IMG/VR virus record: IMGVR_UViG_3300032284_002843
Coordinates: 72,280 to 136,279 of that record
Length of the DNA stretch: 64,000 bases
Direction: 5' to 3' (one strand)
Source of the DNA: a virus
In this document: positions 9,232 through 19,145 of the stretch, in pieces
How positions within the stretch are numbered: position 1 is the stretch's first letter
How the letters are laid out: each line of letters opens with the position of its first letter
Program-made: the position numbers and the translations under genes
The notes under the pieces: model-generated
What the model was told of the DNA's origin: nothing
The model's input: only the letters and a program-made list of their open reading frames with translations
The model's database searches: none

Positions 9232-10250
9232 TGGATCAGCTTATTCCTCAGCTTGATTATACTCAAACCGAGTATGAGTCTAAGCTGGCCAGTTTATTGA
9301 ACTGGTTAGGGAATAAGCTTGATTCGGCACAGCTTAAAGATGAGTTTTTGAAATACTGTAAAACTATTGACCGCCAAGAAGATGCCATTCTTGTTCCTGC
9401 AACCAAACTAGTATCAGTTGGAAAAATTGCATACTTGCTTAATCGAGGAGCAAAGTTAGAAGATAGAACTGTTAATAAGATTTTTGATTTATTAGAATCC
9501 ATTACGATTACTAACAAAGGTGCAACCTCGTTTGATGACGTAGAAGAAACTGCACGTTCTAAATTTCTTTTTTCATATGTCACCTGTTACAGTCTTATTG
9601 ATAATACCTGGTGGCAACTGCTGAAAAACAAAAGTGATTACAAAAGTCTGGCAGATGACACTAGAGCGGTAATAAGAAAGTATAGCAACGGAAAAACTGC
9701 TATTCTTTCACAACTCAAAAATCATTATCTTAGTATCTTAGAAGATGCTAAAGAAGATAAAGCATTAAAATCTTGGATTAAACCTTTAAGTATTATCTGC
9801 GATACCATTGAGCTGATGGCTGTAACATCTCGCGGGAGAAGTAAAGGTAAAAAGAAAACATCCGGCATGGTAGATAAGAAAGCAGAAAAAGCAGCAACAA
9901 ATCTCACATACAAAGCAGAAGACCGCGAGCTTGGTGTCAGAAGCCTACAGCCAAATGCTGTGATTGGTGCCAAAGCTGTGGTTTTATACAATACTAAGAA
10001 CAAGCATTGTGAACTATATCTCGCCGAAACTGATAAGACTATTAGCCTGAAAGGCAGCTATTTGCTTAACTGGGATACAGCTATCAGTTCTAGAAAAACT
10101 CTGCGTAAACCTCAAAGCGAGTTGATTAACTGGAGTCAGGCTGGTAATCTACGTAGATTACAAGTTCTATTAGACAATACCTCTGGACAGTCAAAACCTG
10201 TCAAAGGAAAGTTTAATCAAAATATTGTAATTATAAAGGCTATACACTGA
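9231..10250 (+). CDS. T4-like phage hypothetical protein
   Basis: 339-aa ORF from ATG 9231; C-terminal IGA..V.LYNTK...KTLRKP...GKFN pattern. Confidence 0.7.
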   Translation: MDQLIPQLDYTQTEYESKLASLLNWLGNKLDSAQLKDEFLKYCKTIDRQEDAILVPATKLVSVGKIAYLLNRGAKLEDRTVNKIFDLLESITITNKGATSFDDVEETARSKFLFSYVTCYSLIDNTWWQLLKNKSDYKSLADDTRAVIRKYSNGKTAILSQLKNHYLSILEDAKEDKALKSWIKPLSIICDTIELMAVTSRGRSKGKKKTSGMVDKKAEKAATNLTYKAEDRELGVRSLQPNAVIGAKAVVLYNTKNKHCELYLAETDKTISLKGSYLLNWDTAISSRKTLRKPQSELINWSQAGNLRRLQVLLDNTSGQSKPVKGKFNQNIVIIKAIH

Positions 10251-10585
10251 TGAAAAAACCAAAATATCAAAAATATGATTATAAACAACGTCAGCAAATT
10301 CAAAAGAAAGTCTGCATAACGCATGAAGATCGGTTTCTAGCTGATTTATTAAAAATGTGCAATAACAACCTGAATGCTTTTATTGAAACTGATACTTGGT
10401 ATGATAACACCGACGTAAATCTGGTATGGTCTGAACCAGAGACAGATGAGCAAATGACAAAACGTATTACTGAATATGAAGCCATGTTAAAGCATAAAAA
10501 AAATAAGAAGGCTGAACAAAAGAAAGCCCAGTTAGAGTTTGAACATAAAGAATATATACGACTTAAAAAGAAGTTTGAAAAATGA
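10250..10585 (+). CDS. hypothetical basic protein
   Basis: 111-aa ORF, coupled start/stop. Confidence 0.65.
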   Translation: MKKPKYQKYDYKQRQQIQKKVCITHEDRFLADLLKMCNNNLNAFIETDTWYDNTDVNLVWSEPETDEQMTKRITEYEAMLKHKKNKKAEQKKAQLEFEHKEYIRLKKKFEK

Positions 10586-11028
10586 GAGAACAGCAAGTTA
10601 AGGTAGGAGTTGGAGTTATTTGTCTAACACCAGATGGCGTTGTTTTATTACAACGACAGGGAAGCCATGGTGCAGGAGAATGGAGTTTTCCTGGCGGACA
10701 TCTAGAATTTGGAGAAAGTGTACTTGATTGCGCTGCACGAGAATGCGAAGAAGAAATTGGTGTAAAGCTATCGTCTTGTTACCATTTGTATTTTTTTACT
10801 GAAGATAGCTTTCCAGGCAAGCAATATATCACTATCTATGTAGTTGGCACTACTGAAGACAAAGCTAAAATTTGCGAACCACATAAAGCGTCTGCTATTA
10901 TCTTTATTAACAACACTGATGCAGTTCCTGAACCTGCATTCAGTGGCGTTAAGAAAGCATGGGAGGTTTATAACCGCCTTCCAAACACAATAACAGATGA
11001 CGAATGCAATAGACAAAATAAGACTTAA
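10582..11028 (+). CDS. Nudix hydrolase (MutT/NUDT15-like)
   Basis: Nudix box GGHLEFGESVLDCAARECEEEIG. Confidence 0.9.
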   Translation: MREQQVKVGVGVICLTPDGVVLLQRQGSHGAGEWSFPGGHLEFGESVLDCAARECEEEIGVKLSSCYHLYFFTEDSFPGKQYITIYVVGTTEDKAKICEPHKASAIIFINNTDAVPEPAFSGVKKAWEVYNRLPNTITDDECNRQNKT

Positions 11029-11254
11029 TGTATCAGAACTAAAAGGTAACGAAGCTAAGGCGATAAATGAAAATCCCAGCCTAGCTGATCTATTCAAAAA
11101 AAGACAAGAACTTTTATATGACATGAATCAAGCATGTCTTAAAGCCATGTCTAAGGCTAAAAAACCATTTCTAACTAAACTTGAAGAAATAGAAAAAGAA
11201 TACGCTTTTTTACTTCAGTTTACTGCTGACAACAAGGAAAATAATGTCACCTAA
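10997..11254 (+). CDS. hypothetical protein
   Basis: 85-aa helical ORF. Confidence 0.6.
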   Translation: MTNAIDKIRLNVSELKGNEAKAINENPSLADLFKKRQELLYDMNQACLKAMSKAKKPFLTKLEEIEKEYAFLLQFTADNKENNVT

Positions 11255-12377
11255 AATAACAATACCATCTGAGCATTATGTTGGAATGAGATCTCAGTAT
11301 CAAGAAAGTCTTCCTCTAGCTTTCATAACACCAAACGGCAATGACAAAGCTGCATTAAAAAGAATACAGACCGTAGACAGTTGGTCTGGACGCAGCAAAG
11401 ATGGATATGCGTCTGCTGTTATAACTAATGAACCAATGCAGGGATTTAAACTTACCTGTAATATTCGCCGAGGTGGACGATATGGATCTGGAGATAAATG
11501 GCATATTGAAGACCCTAGAGGGTTCGTATTAGAAATTAACAGTACCAATCTAGCTTACCTATTAGAAAGCTGTGTAATTGAAAATGGTACAATATTGAAT
11601 TCATGCGTATGGGCAAGACAGAGAGGTAATAATGTTCTGCTAGCTACTGATACAGATTTATATCAAAATGCTGTAACATTAACAAGCCTAGATGGTATAT
11701 CTGTTAGCATGAAAGATGTAGAAAAAGGGTATGATGTAATTTTAAAGTCAGGAGTATCAGCAAAATATCTTGGAAAATATCATTTGCTAAAAAAGTCTTG
11801 GGGCGATAATGACTGGTTTGATTTGCATTCACCTCAACATCTATTGCTAACAAATGATAATAAGCCAAAGTTATTATCTTATAGCAATCCAAAAATTAGC
11901 AAAATAGAAACAAAAAATGCATTATCAGATAAAGACTCAGAGCAAATGGTTAATGATCATTTAGCAGCCGGTGGTCAAACTGACGGGTGGTATCCACTGT
12001 ATGGTGTATTTTCTAAAAAACCTATAAATTGGTCAATAAAATTAAAACCAGTTGATGACATTGATTATGCATTAGAATCATCTACACAACGAAGTCTTAC
12101 ATTAATAATTGAACTTAAAAACCATGTATATGGTATTTTTAATCCTTATTACAGTAATCCAGACTATGTAATGGACACTGTAAACATAGATCTTATTGAC
12201 CAAGGACAAATGTCATACAAACTGATAAAAAAGAAAAGTATAAAAGGTTGGGACACTTCACAGATGTATATAGACAAAGATCAAAGACATTTTGATAGAA
12301 ACGATATAATTAACGTGTATGAATGTTTTATTGAAGCAACGACCAGTTTAGATAATCAGGTATTAATAAAATTTTAA
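11244..12377 (+). CDS. phage hypothetical protein
   Basis: 377-aa ORF with AAGGA SD; W.IEDPRGF.LEI...NL motif. Confidence 0.75.
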   Translation: MSPKITIPSEHYVGMRSQYQESLPLAFITPNGNDKAALKRIQTVDSWSGRSKDGYASAVITNEPMQGFKLTCNIRRGGRYGSGDKWHIEDPRGFVLEINSTNLAYLLESCVIENGTILNSCVWARQRGNNVLLATDTDLYQNAVTLTSLDGISVSMKDVEKGYDVILKSGVSAKYLGKYHLLKKSWGDNDWFDLHSPQHLLLTNDNKPKLLSYSNPKISKIETKNALSDKDSEQMVNDHLAAGGQTDGWYPLYGVFSKKPINWSIKLKPVDDIDYALESSTQRSLTLIIELKNHVYGIFNPYYSNPDYVMDTVNIDLIDQGQMSYKLIKKKSIKGWDTSQMYIDKDQRHFDRNDIINVYECFIEATTSLDNQVLIKF

Positions 12378-13159
12378 TCAACTCTACCAACTAAAATTTT
12401 GCTGCCCGGTGGATTGGCAGATTGCTGATCAAAATCTAATATACCGTCAGTATTTCTAACCAACATAAACTTCTTACTGGGTTCCAAAATAAGTTGTTCT
12501 GTAGTTCTTACTTCGATATCATCGGTGGCATGCCTTAAAGTATTAATCTGTGGATTATCAGTGTACTGTTTGGCCATCAGGACCATCATTTCCTCTGGTG
12601 ATTTAGCAACATCTGCAACATAGGTACCTATTAGCAACCTTGCATCGCTGCTTACTCGTTTCATTCTATTCTCAATACTTTTACTATTTTTTTGATATCC
12701 AGCATGAGGTAATAAAATACCATGATTAGTTCTTACAACTGTATCATTTTTTATTTCTTGTATTTTTTGTTGCTGTGTTCCAAATTCACCTTCTATAAGG
12801 TAACATACGTCTTTATCAAAAACAAAAATACAACCGGTGGCATGAGCTTCTCTTAAAAAATGCACAGCATCTTCTACAGTAGGCATTGATAGAGCATCTC
12901 TTATCTTTCCACCGTTTCTGCTATCATGCATTTTTGCACGTTTTTCACCATAATCAGGTGTTAAACTACTGCTAATGATACTAACTCCGTTGGAATTCAT
13001 CCCTTCACTCCAGTGAGTTCGTTCATCTAGCAATGCTACTCGCTGAATGCTATTTTTTTCAGTTCTTAATAATTCTGTTCTCGTGGCAAAAGGTCGGTCT
13101 CTATTTTTGATTCCAACCCAACCTAAATTTGGAAATTTCTTAGCTATTATGGTACACAT
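12374..13159 (-). CDS. N-terminal nucleophile (Ntn) hydrolase, peptidase C45/choloylglycine hydrolase-like
   Basis: Cys2 (MCTII), KNRD, EGMNSNG, RTNH motifs. Confidence 0.75.
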   Translation of the reverse strand: MCTIIAKKFPNLGWVGIKNRDRPFATRTELLRTEKNSIQRVALLDERTHWSEGMNSNGVSIISSSLTPDYGEKRAKMHDSRNGGKIRDALSMPTVEDAVHFLREAHATGCIFVFDKDVCYLIEGEFGTQQQKIQEIKNDTVVRTNHGILLPHAGYQKNSKSIENRMKRVSSDARLLIGTYVADVAKSPEEMMVLMAKQYTDNPQINTLRHATDDIEVRTTEQLILEPSKKFMLVRNTDGILDFDQQSANPPGSKILVGRVD

Positions 13160-13217
13160 TTAAAAATATTTATCTTTTTGGCTAAATGTTGTAAATTTAT
13201 TAAATAAAGGCGAATAC

Positions 13218-14165
13218 ATGCTAGAAAATTATAAAAAATTAGATCATTTAAACGAAACCAATAAAGAATGGTTTGTAGTAAACTGGTGTTTAGGTAATAC
13301 TTGCAATTTTTCCTGCAGTTATTGTCCAGAAAATTTACATAATGCATCAATTAAGTGGCCATCACTAGATACAATAAAAACATTTGTACATAATGTTGTA
13401 ACCCAAACTAGCCCTCGTAAAGTATACTTTGAATTTACAGGAGGCGAAGTTACACTGTGTCCATACTTTCCAGAAATTGCGAAATATGTAACATCATTAG
13501 GTGCAAGAGTAGGTTTAATCAGCAACAGCAGTCGTACAGTTAGATGGTGGACTGAAAATAAACAATTTTTTGATCATGTTTGCTTGAGCTTTCATCCAGA
13601 ACATGCTGATAAAGACCATTTTATTGAAATTGTTAAGTTATTGCATAATGATGTAAGAACACACGTTAACATTATGATGTTACCTGCAAAATTTGATTAT
13701 TGTTTTGAAATAGCAAATATAATAAAAGACTTTGGAAATCTCAGCATGGCCTTACAACCTCTAATCCATGATTTTGGCGACAAACTTTATGATTACACAG
13801 ATGAGCAGAAAAAGATATTTGATAACCAACATATGTTAATTACTAAAGACATAAAGTTTACCAAACAATTTGATTATTATCGCGGCGCAATGAAAATGGT
13901 ATTTGATAATGGATTATCAATACCCAGCAGTGCTCATAGATTTATAAGCAACAAAACAAACAACTGGGCAGGATGGAAATGTTATGCAGGAGTCGAACAA
14001 ATAATCGTTGATATGGACGGATCCTGTTGGCGAGGCTGGTGCAAAGTTGGCGAATCATTTGGTCACATAAGTCATGCTAACATTACCATTCCAAAAGATC
14101 CTATTATATGCAACAAGACCATGTGCCATTGCAATTTTGACATAATGTGCAGCAAAGAAAAATGA
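13218..14165 (+). CDS. radical SAM protein with C-terminal SPASM/twitch-like Cys cluster
   Basis: CNFSCSYC, FTGGEV, C-terminal C..G...C...C...C.C. Confidence 0.9.
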   Translation: MLENYKKLDHLNETNKEWFVVNWCLGNTCNFSCSYCPENLHNASIKWPSLDTIKTFVHNVVTQTSPRKVYFEFTGGEVTLCPYFPEIAKYVTSLGARVGLISNSSRTVRWWTENKQFFDHVCLSFHPEHADKDHFIEIVKLLHNDVRTHVNIMMLPAKFDYCFEIANIIKDFGNLSMALQPLIHDFGDKLYDYTDEQKKIFDNQHMLITKDIKFTKQFDYYRGAMKMVFDNGLSIPSSAHRFISNKTNNWAGWKCYAGVEQIIVDMDGSCWRGWCKVGESFGHISHANITIPKDPIICNKTMCHCNFDIMCSKEK

Positions 14166-15493
14166 CTGATAAAAAAAACAAAAGCACAATTTGTCCACTG
14201 ATGTGGAATCATATAATGATACAACAGAATGGCGACCTAAGACAATGTTGTCAAATGATATATGCACCATATGGCAGATTTTTTGAAAATGAAAAACCAT
14301 TAAAATGGTCATCAGAAAACGTAGACAAAGCTAGAAACTCTGAATGGGCCAAAACCACACGGCTACAAATGCTAAACGGAGAAAAACCATCTGCATGTCA
14401 GCTCTGTTGGTCTGAAGAAGAATTAGGATTGAATAGTAAACGACAACATATGCTCCAAATATATGATGTCGATGAAATGATTGAAAATACCAAAAGCGAC
14501 GGATCAATTGATTTAGATAAAATCAAACTCACATATCTTGATTTAAGACTTGGTAATTTATGTAATCTCGCCTGTAGAAGCTGTAGTCCTACTGATAGTA
14601 GCTTGTGGTTAAATGATTTTGCAACACTTACTCAAGTGGATGATAAGACAAAGTTTAGTTACCTCGGCGGCAGCGAATATGATGTGATAAAAAAGAATGG
14701 TATTTGGAAAATTGATAGCAATGACTTTGAATGGTTTTCAGAGCCTGAATTTGATATATGGATAGAAAATCAAATAAAAACCAATGTAGATAAAATCTAT
14801 TTTACAGGTGGCGAACCAACCATAAACAAGAAGCATATGCAAATTTTAGATAAAATAATAGAATCTGGGCGAGCACCAGAAATGTCCCTAGAATATAATA
14901 GTAATTTTGTTGCTATACCTAACAGATTATTAGAACAATGGACGCATTTTAAGACAGTTTTTGTAGGAATAAGTGTAGATGCTATAGGACCACTAGCGAC
15001 ATATATACGATATCCCAGTGATTGGAATGATATCGAACAGAATGTAAGCAAGGTAGCTTATAACCAAATTCCACAGCTACATGCCACTTTTGTTACAACT
15101 ATTAGTATACTTAATATTAGGCATTTTTTATACCTTACAGAATGGTTGTTAGATACACAGTATCAAAACATAAACAAAATTCCATCATATCATATATTAC
15201 ACAATCCTATTAGTTATTGTTTACAGGTCCTACCTTTAGACATTAAAAATCAAATCAAAAAAGAATATGAAGATTTTTTCCAAAGAGCTAGGTGGAAATA
15301 TGGTCCAGATGTAGGAGACCGTTTAACTGAATATTATGCGGCCATTATAAGCTACATGTTTGCGGAAGATAAATCCAAATTGCTAACCGCAACAAAAAAA
15401 CAAACCCTAAAGCTAGATCTAATACGCGGCCAATCATTAGCCAAATATTTGCCATGGTTGGATGACTGTCTAAACAATTTGCAAAACAGTTGA
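14162..15493 (+). CDS. radical SAM protein with N-terminal twitch-like domain
   Basis: CP..W....GD...CC...C..CW..E; CNLACRSC; FTGGEP. Confidence 0.9.
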   Translation: MTDKKNKSTICPLMWNHIMIQQNGDLRQCCQMIYAPYGRFFENEKPLKWSSENVDKARNSEWAKTTRLQMLNGEKPSACQLCWSEEELGLNSKRQHMLQIYDVDEMIENTKSDGSIDLDKIKLTYLDLRLGNLCNLACRSCSPTDSSLWLNDFATLTQVDDKTKFSYLGGSEYDVIKKNGIWKIDSNDFEWFSEPEFDIWIENQIKTNVDKIYFTGGEPTINKKHMQILDKIIESGRAPEMSLEYNSNFVAIPNRLLEQWTHFKTVFVGISVDAIGPLATYIRYPSDWNDIEQNVSKVAYNQIPQLHATFVTTISILNIRHFLYLTEWLLDTQYQNINKIPSYHILHNPISYCLQVLPLDIKNQIKKEYEDFFQRARWKYGPDVGDRLTEYYAAIISYMFAEDKSKLLTATKKQTLKLDLIRGQSLAKYLPWLDDCLNNLQNS

Positions 15494-15518
15494 CAACAGA
15501 TTAGTTTGGTTATATTAT
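15490..15518 (+). promoter_or_regulatory. sigma70-like promoter
   Basis: TTGACA-17-TATTAT; ATG lies 6 nt downstream. Confidence 0.75.
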
Positions 15519-15524
15519 ACCAAA

Positions 15525-16703
15525 ATGAAATACAAATTTCCACATATTGATCATTTGGATCAAGTTCGCCCTGTTATCCAAGATGTTGAGGGTTTTATCT
15601 TGGCTGAAAAAGATTGGGGTTGGGTAGCCAACTATGTCCAAATGGGTCCTCACGTTTTTCCAGAGGTGCAAACCGAAGCTGACGCTATTCGGCGGGAATG
15701 CAGAGGCTTGATCTTTTCTAAGAACGGGCAACTAATCAGTCGTCCGCTACATAAGTTTTTCAACATAGGCGAGCGCGAAGAGACTCTGCCTGAAAAGATC
15801 GATTTGTCTCAGCCTCATGTTATCCTAGAAAAGCTTGACGGTAGCATGGTTCGTCCTATTCCGTTCGAAAGTGCATTTCGCCTTGGAACCAAAATGGGTA
15901 TCACCGATGTCAGCATGCAAGCCGAGGTATGGCTGGTTGATCATCCTAACTACAAGGAATACATCCAGTGGTGTCTTAGCCATAATGCCACGCCTATTTT
16001 TGAATGGTGTAGCCGTAAACAGCGTATTGTAATTGACTATCCTGAGGATAGATTAGTTCTAATCGCTGTGCGATACAACAAGACCGGTGAATACGAACCG
16101 TACCACCTGTTGCAGGCAGATGCAGCGCAGTATGAACTTGACCTAGTTAAGACCTATCCTGGAACTGTAAGCAGCATGGAACATCTCATTGCAGAAACAC
16201 ATGACATGCAGGGCCAAGAGGGTTGGGTTATCCGGTTTGATGATGGCCATATGCTCAAGCTTAAGGCTAGTGAGTATGTGACTATCCATAAGGCCAAGGA
16301 GAACATCCTTCGTGAGAAGGGCGTAATTGAAATGTTGCTTGACGAAAAGAGCGACGATGTTAAGCCTTTCCTTATCGAGGAAGATCGCCGGCGTCTTGAA
16401 GAATACGAAGATAAGTTTTGGCATGGAGTTAGTCAAACTATCGAGGACTGGAAGAGAGTCGACGCAGACATGCGTGTTAAGTACGCACGCGATCAGCGTA
16501 AGGAGTTTGCATTGAACGATGCAAATACATTGGATTCTTTTTTAAAAAGCGCAATCTTCAAAGCTTGGGATAATCCCAACTATAACTGGCGTGAAGCAGT
16601 GTTAGGCCGTATACGTTTGAACTTGAGTAGTCAAGCTAAGATTGACGAGATCAGACATCTGTGGTCCAACGTTAAATGGACGATGACTGACGAACTTCCG
16701 TAG
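15525..16703 (+). CDS. T4 RNA ligase 1 (Rnl1)-like
   Basis: RECRGLIF, KFFNIGE, adenylylation motif EKLDGS, FEW, EGWV, KLK. Confidence 0.9.
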   Translation: MKYKFPHIDHLDQVRPVIQDVEGFILAEKDWGWVANYVQMGPHVFPEVQTEADAIRRECRGLIFSKNGQLISRPLHKFFNIGEREETLPEKIDLSQPHVILEKLDGSMVRPIPFESAFRLGTKMGITDVSMQAEVWLVDHPNYKEYIQWCLSHNATPIFEWCSRKQRIVIDYPEDRLVLIAVRYNKTGEYEPYHLLQADAAQYELDLVKTYPGTVSSMEHLIAETHDMQGQEGWVIRFDDGHMLKLKASEYVTIHKAKENILREKGVIEMLLDEKSDDVKPFLIEEDRRRLEEYEDKFWHGVSQTIEDWKRVDADMRVKYARDQRKEFALNDANTLDSFLKSAIFKAWDNPNYNWREAVLGRIRLNLSSQAKIDEIRHLWSNVKWTMTDELP

Positions 16704-16756
16704 TTGGCATTGACTTTTATATCTACTATAATAAAATATACGATATAGAGGGACTC

Positions 16757-17002
16757 ATGCCAACTACAACTTTTCCAGTTTTAATAATAACCATCTTAAT
16801 TTTTACTGTGGCATTTAGTATTAGCATTTGGTTCGGTATATTTCTTGCATTTTGGTTAATTGCAAGCATCACCTGGGGTTGGTATCAACAAAATAATAAT
16901 ACAGAGGGCAAATGGTATGATTGGATAATAGGTTTGCCTGTTTTGGCGTTTGCGTTCCTCTATACAATCTTTTATTATTTAGGAAAATCTAATGACAAAT
17001 AA
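16757..17002 (+). CDS. small membrane protein
   Basis: 2-3 hydrophobic segments; TTGACT..TAAAAT promoter-like sequence upstream. Confidence 0.65.
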   Translation: MPTTTFPVLIITILIFTVAFSISIWFGIFLAFWLIASITWGWYQQNNNTEGKWYDWIIGLPVLAFAFLYTIFYYLGKSNDK

Positions 17003-17276
17003 GTCAAAAGAAAAAGTCAATGGATTAACCAGTGTTAGGCTAAAATGGTATCGTACGGATAAAACCATACAAAAAAAGTACAGAAAGACTATTATTGAAA
17101 ATCTACGAAATATGAAAGGTCTTAATGAACCAAGTCAACTTGTAAGCCATACAATATTTGTAGGCAAGGACTATTTTGGACCCAGCATATTTGTATACGG
17201 AAAAAAGGGCAGCAACTATTTTCATTGCGAATATTTCTCCGAAACCGAATGGAGCCCCTTATGCGAAATATCCTAG
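16992..17276 (+). CDS. hypothetical protein
   Basis: 94-aa ORF with AGGA SD. Confidence 0.55.
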   Translation: MTNKSKEKVNGLTSVRLKWYRTDKTIQKKYRKTIIENLRNMKGLNEPSQLVSHTIFVGKDYFGPSIFVYGKKGSNYFHCEYFSETEWSPLCEIS

Positions 17277-17818
17277 AGCATCCTATAACCGACAAAGAAA
17301 GAATTGATACATTAGAAGACATTAAGAATGAAATTTTAGCACAAGACACCGTTGGCGATTTGCGAGCAGCAATCGTTCAAGAATGCATTGACATGATAAA
17401 AAGTCACGGTGTTACTATACAACTTGCTGCCGACGATTTAGCTAAGAATAAGATCGAAGCATTACAAACATGGTACAAAGAGCAACAGCACCGTGCTAGA
17501 GAAAATGTTCTCAGCACTTTAGCTTCGGCTGAGTTGAAACCCGGAATGTGGGCAGAATGGCGTAACGATCCCCCACCTATTAAATGCTCTAAAAATGGGT
17601 ACGACTTAATACTATTAGCTATTCTTGATGCATTAACGCAAGAAGGCAACGCAGCATGGGCCGGTGATGCTACTAGTTGTGTAGCTCAAATTGTAAGAGC
17701 ACAACTTAACAGTAGAAAAAGATTAATTTTAGCACTTGAACAAATTGCTCATACATCTTCGTCTGACTGTGATGACTTGCGCGACATTGCAATTGATGCT
17801 ATAAACAACGAGAAATAA
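17261..17818 (+). CDS. hypothetical protein
   Basis: ORF with GGAG SD before ATG 17261. Confidence 0.65.
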   Translation: MRNILEHPITDKERIDTLEDIKNEILAQDTVGDLRAAIVQECIDMIKSHGVTIQLAADDLAKNKIEALQTWYKEQQHRARENVLSTLASAELKPGMWAEWRNDPPPIKCSKNGYDLILLAILDALTQEGNAAWAGDATSCVAQIVRAQLNSRKRLILALEQIAHTSSSDCDDLRDIAIDAINNEK

Positions 17819-17829
17819 CAGGATGAGCA

Positions 17830-18294
17830 ATGCCAAATTTATACATGTTGGTTGGAGTTCCAGGTAGCGGCAAAAGCACCTGGATCAAAAATCAAAATTT
17901 TGATAGTAATACTGTAGTCATCAGCACGGATGACATTATTGAGCAGCGTGCTCGTGCACAAGGACTGACATATTCTGATGTTTTTCAGACTGAAATCAAA
18001 TCTGCTACTGCAGAAATGAACCGTATTCTTATGGATGCCGTTGCAAATAACAAGGATATTGTGTGGGATCAAACTAACTTAACAGTTAAATCTCGCCGTC
18101 CTAAGCTTGCACAAATTCCTAAAGAATACTTGAAAATTGCAGTATATTTTGCAACGCCTGCTGATGTTGAATTACAAAGACGATTGAATAATCGTCCCGG
18201 TAAAGTAATTCCTGCTAACATTGTACTTGGCATGAAAAGCCAACTACAAATGCCTGCGCTAGATGAAGGGTTTGACAGAGTTCAATACGTTTAA
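17830..18294 (+). CDS. P-loop polynucleotide kinase (PseT N-terminal domain/AAA_33-like)
   Basis: LVGVPGSGKSTW, ISTDDI, VWDQTN...R, R...R lid. Confidence 0.85.
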   Translation: MPNLYMLVGVPGSGKSTWIKNQNFDSNTVVISTDDIIEQRARAQGLTYSDVFQTEIKSATAEMNRILMDAVANNKDIVWDQTNLTVKSRRPKLAQIPKEYLKIAVYFATPADVELQRRLNNRPGKVIPANIVLGMKSQLQMPALDEGFDRVQYV

Positions 18295-18342
18295 TTAACC
18301 ATCCAAAAATTTGACATTGCAGCTAAATAAAATATGTGCAAA

Positions 18343-18522
18343 ATGTCGAAACGATTTTGGCTGGGCATTATAATCATAGTAGCTTTTTTTGCTGCTGGAC
18401 ATATTGGATTATTCATCGAATCGTTTGGCGAAACACCCGTTGCCGGTGGAGCCGCATTTGGCGTAAGCTTTGTTGGTATTATAGGCGGCGTTTTGCGACT
18501 TTGGTCAGACCTGCTAGCATAA
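18343..18522 (+). CDS. small two-TM membrane protein
   Basis: two hydrophobic Gly-rich helices. Confidence 0.6.
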   Translation: MSKRFWLGIIIIVAFFAAGHIGLFIESFGETPVAGGAAFGVSFVGIIGGVLRLWSDLLA

Positions 18523-18581
18523 TGTCATTGACAAAAGACTATAACCTGTTATAGTTAATAAGATTATAGAGTAAATAAATT

Positions 18582-19145
18582 ATGGGGCACACACTTATTT
18601 TAAATGCGGACTTTCTGCCGCTTAGTATTATTCCAATAAGCTCAATTTCTTGGAAAGATGCTATTAAAGTTTCATTCACAGGTCATGCTAGGACTGTAGA
18701 GTACTATGACAATTGGGAAGTTCATAGTCCTAGCATCTCTATGAAGGTCCCTGCTGTAATGGTCAGCGAAACTTACATCAAGAAGAAACACAGCGTTCGT
18801 TTCTCTCGTCAAAATCTTTTGATTAGAGACAACTTCACTTGCCAATATTGTGAACAAAAGCTAAGTTCTATGGACTTAACTGTTGATCACGTTATTCCTA
18901 GGGTGAAGGGTGGTAAAACACGCTGGGAAAACATTGTGTGTGCTTGCTACGTTTGTAACAGTATCAAAGGACATAAAAGTCATATGGTACCAAAACGTAA
19001 GCCATTTAAGCCAGATTATCATCAGTTACTTGAGAATGCTAAGAAAATGCCTCTTAAGATTCCAAGTGAGAAATGGATTGATTATCTTGGATGGGATCCG
19101 TCTCTGCTTAAAGTGGTTAAACCAGACCATTTTAATTTGACATAA
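18582..19145 (+). CDS. HNH endonuclease (McrA/HNH_5-like)
   Basis: RDNFTCQYC...TVDHVIP..KGG...WENIVCACYVCNSIKG. Confidence 0.9.
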   Translation: MGHTLILNADFLPLSIIPISSISWKDAIKVSFTGHARTVEYYDNWEVHSPSISMKVPAVMVSETYIKKKHSVRFSRQNLLIRDNFTCQYCEQKLSSMDLTVDHVIPRVKGGKTRWENIVCACYVCNSIKGHKSHMVPKRKPFKPDYHQLLENAKKMPLKIPSEKWIDYLGWDPSLLKVVKPDHFNLT

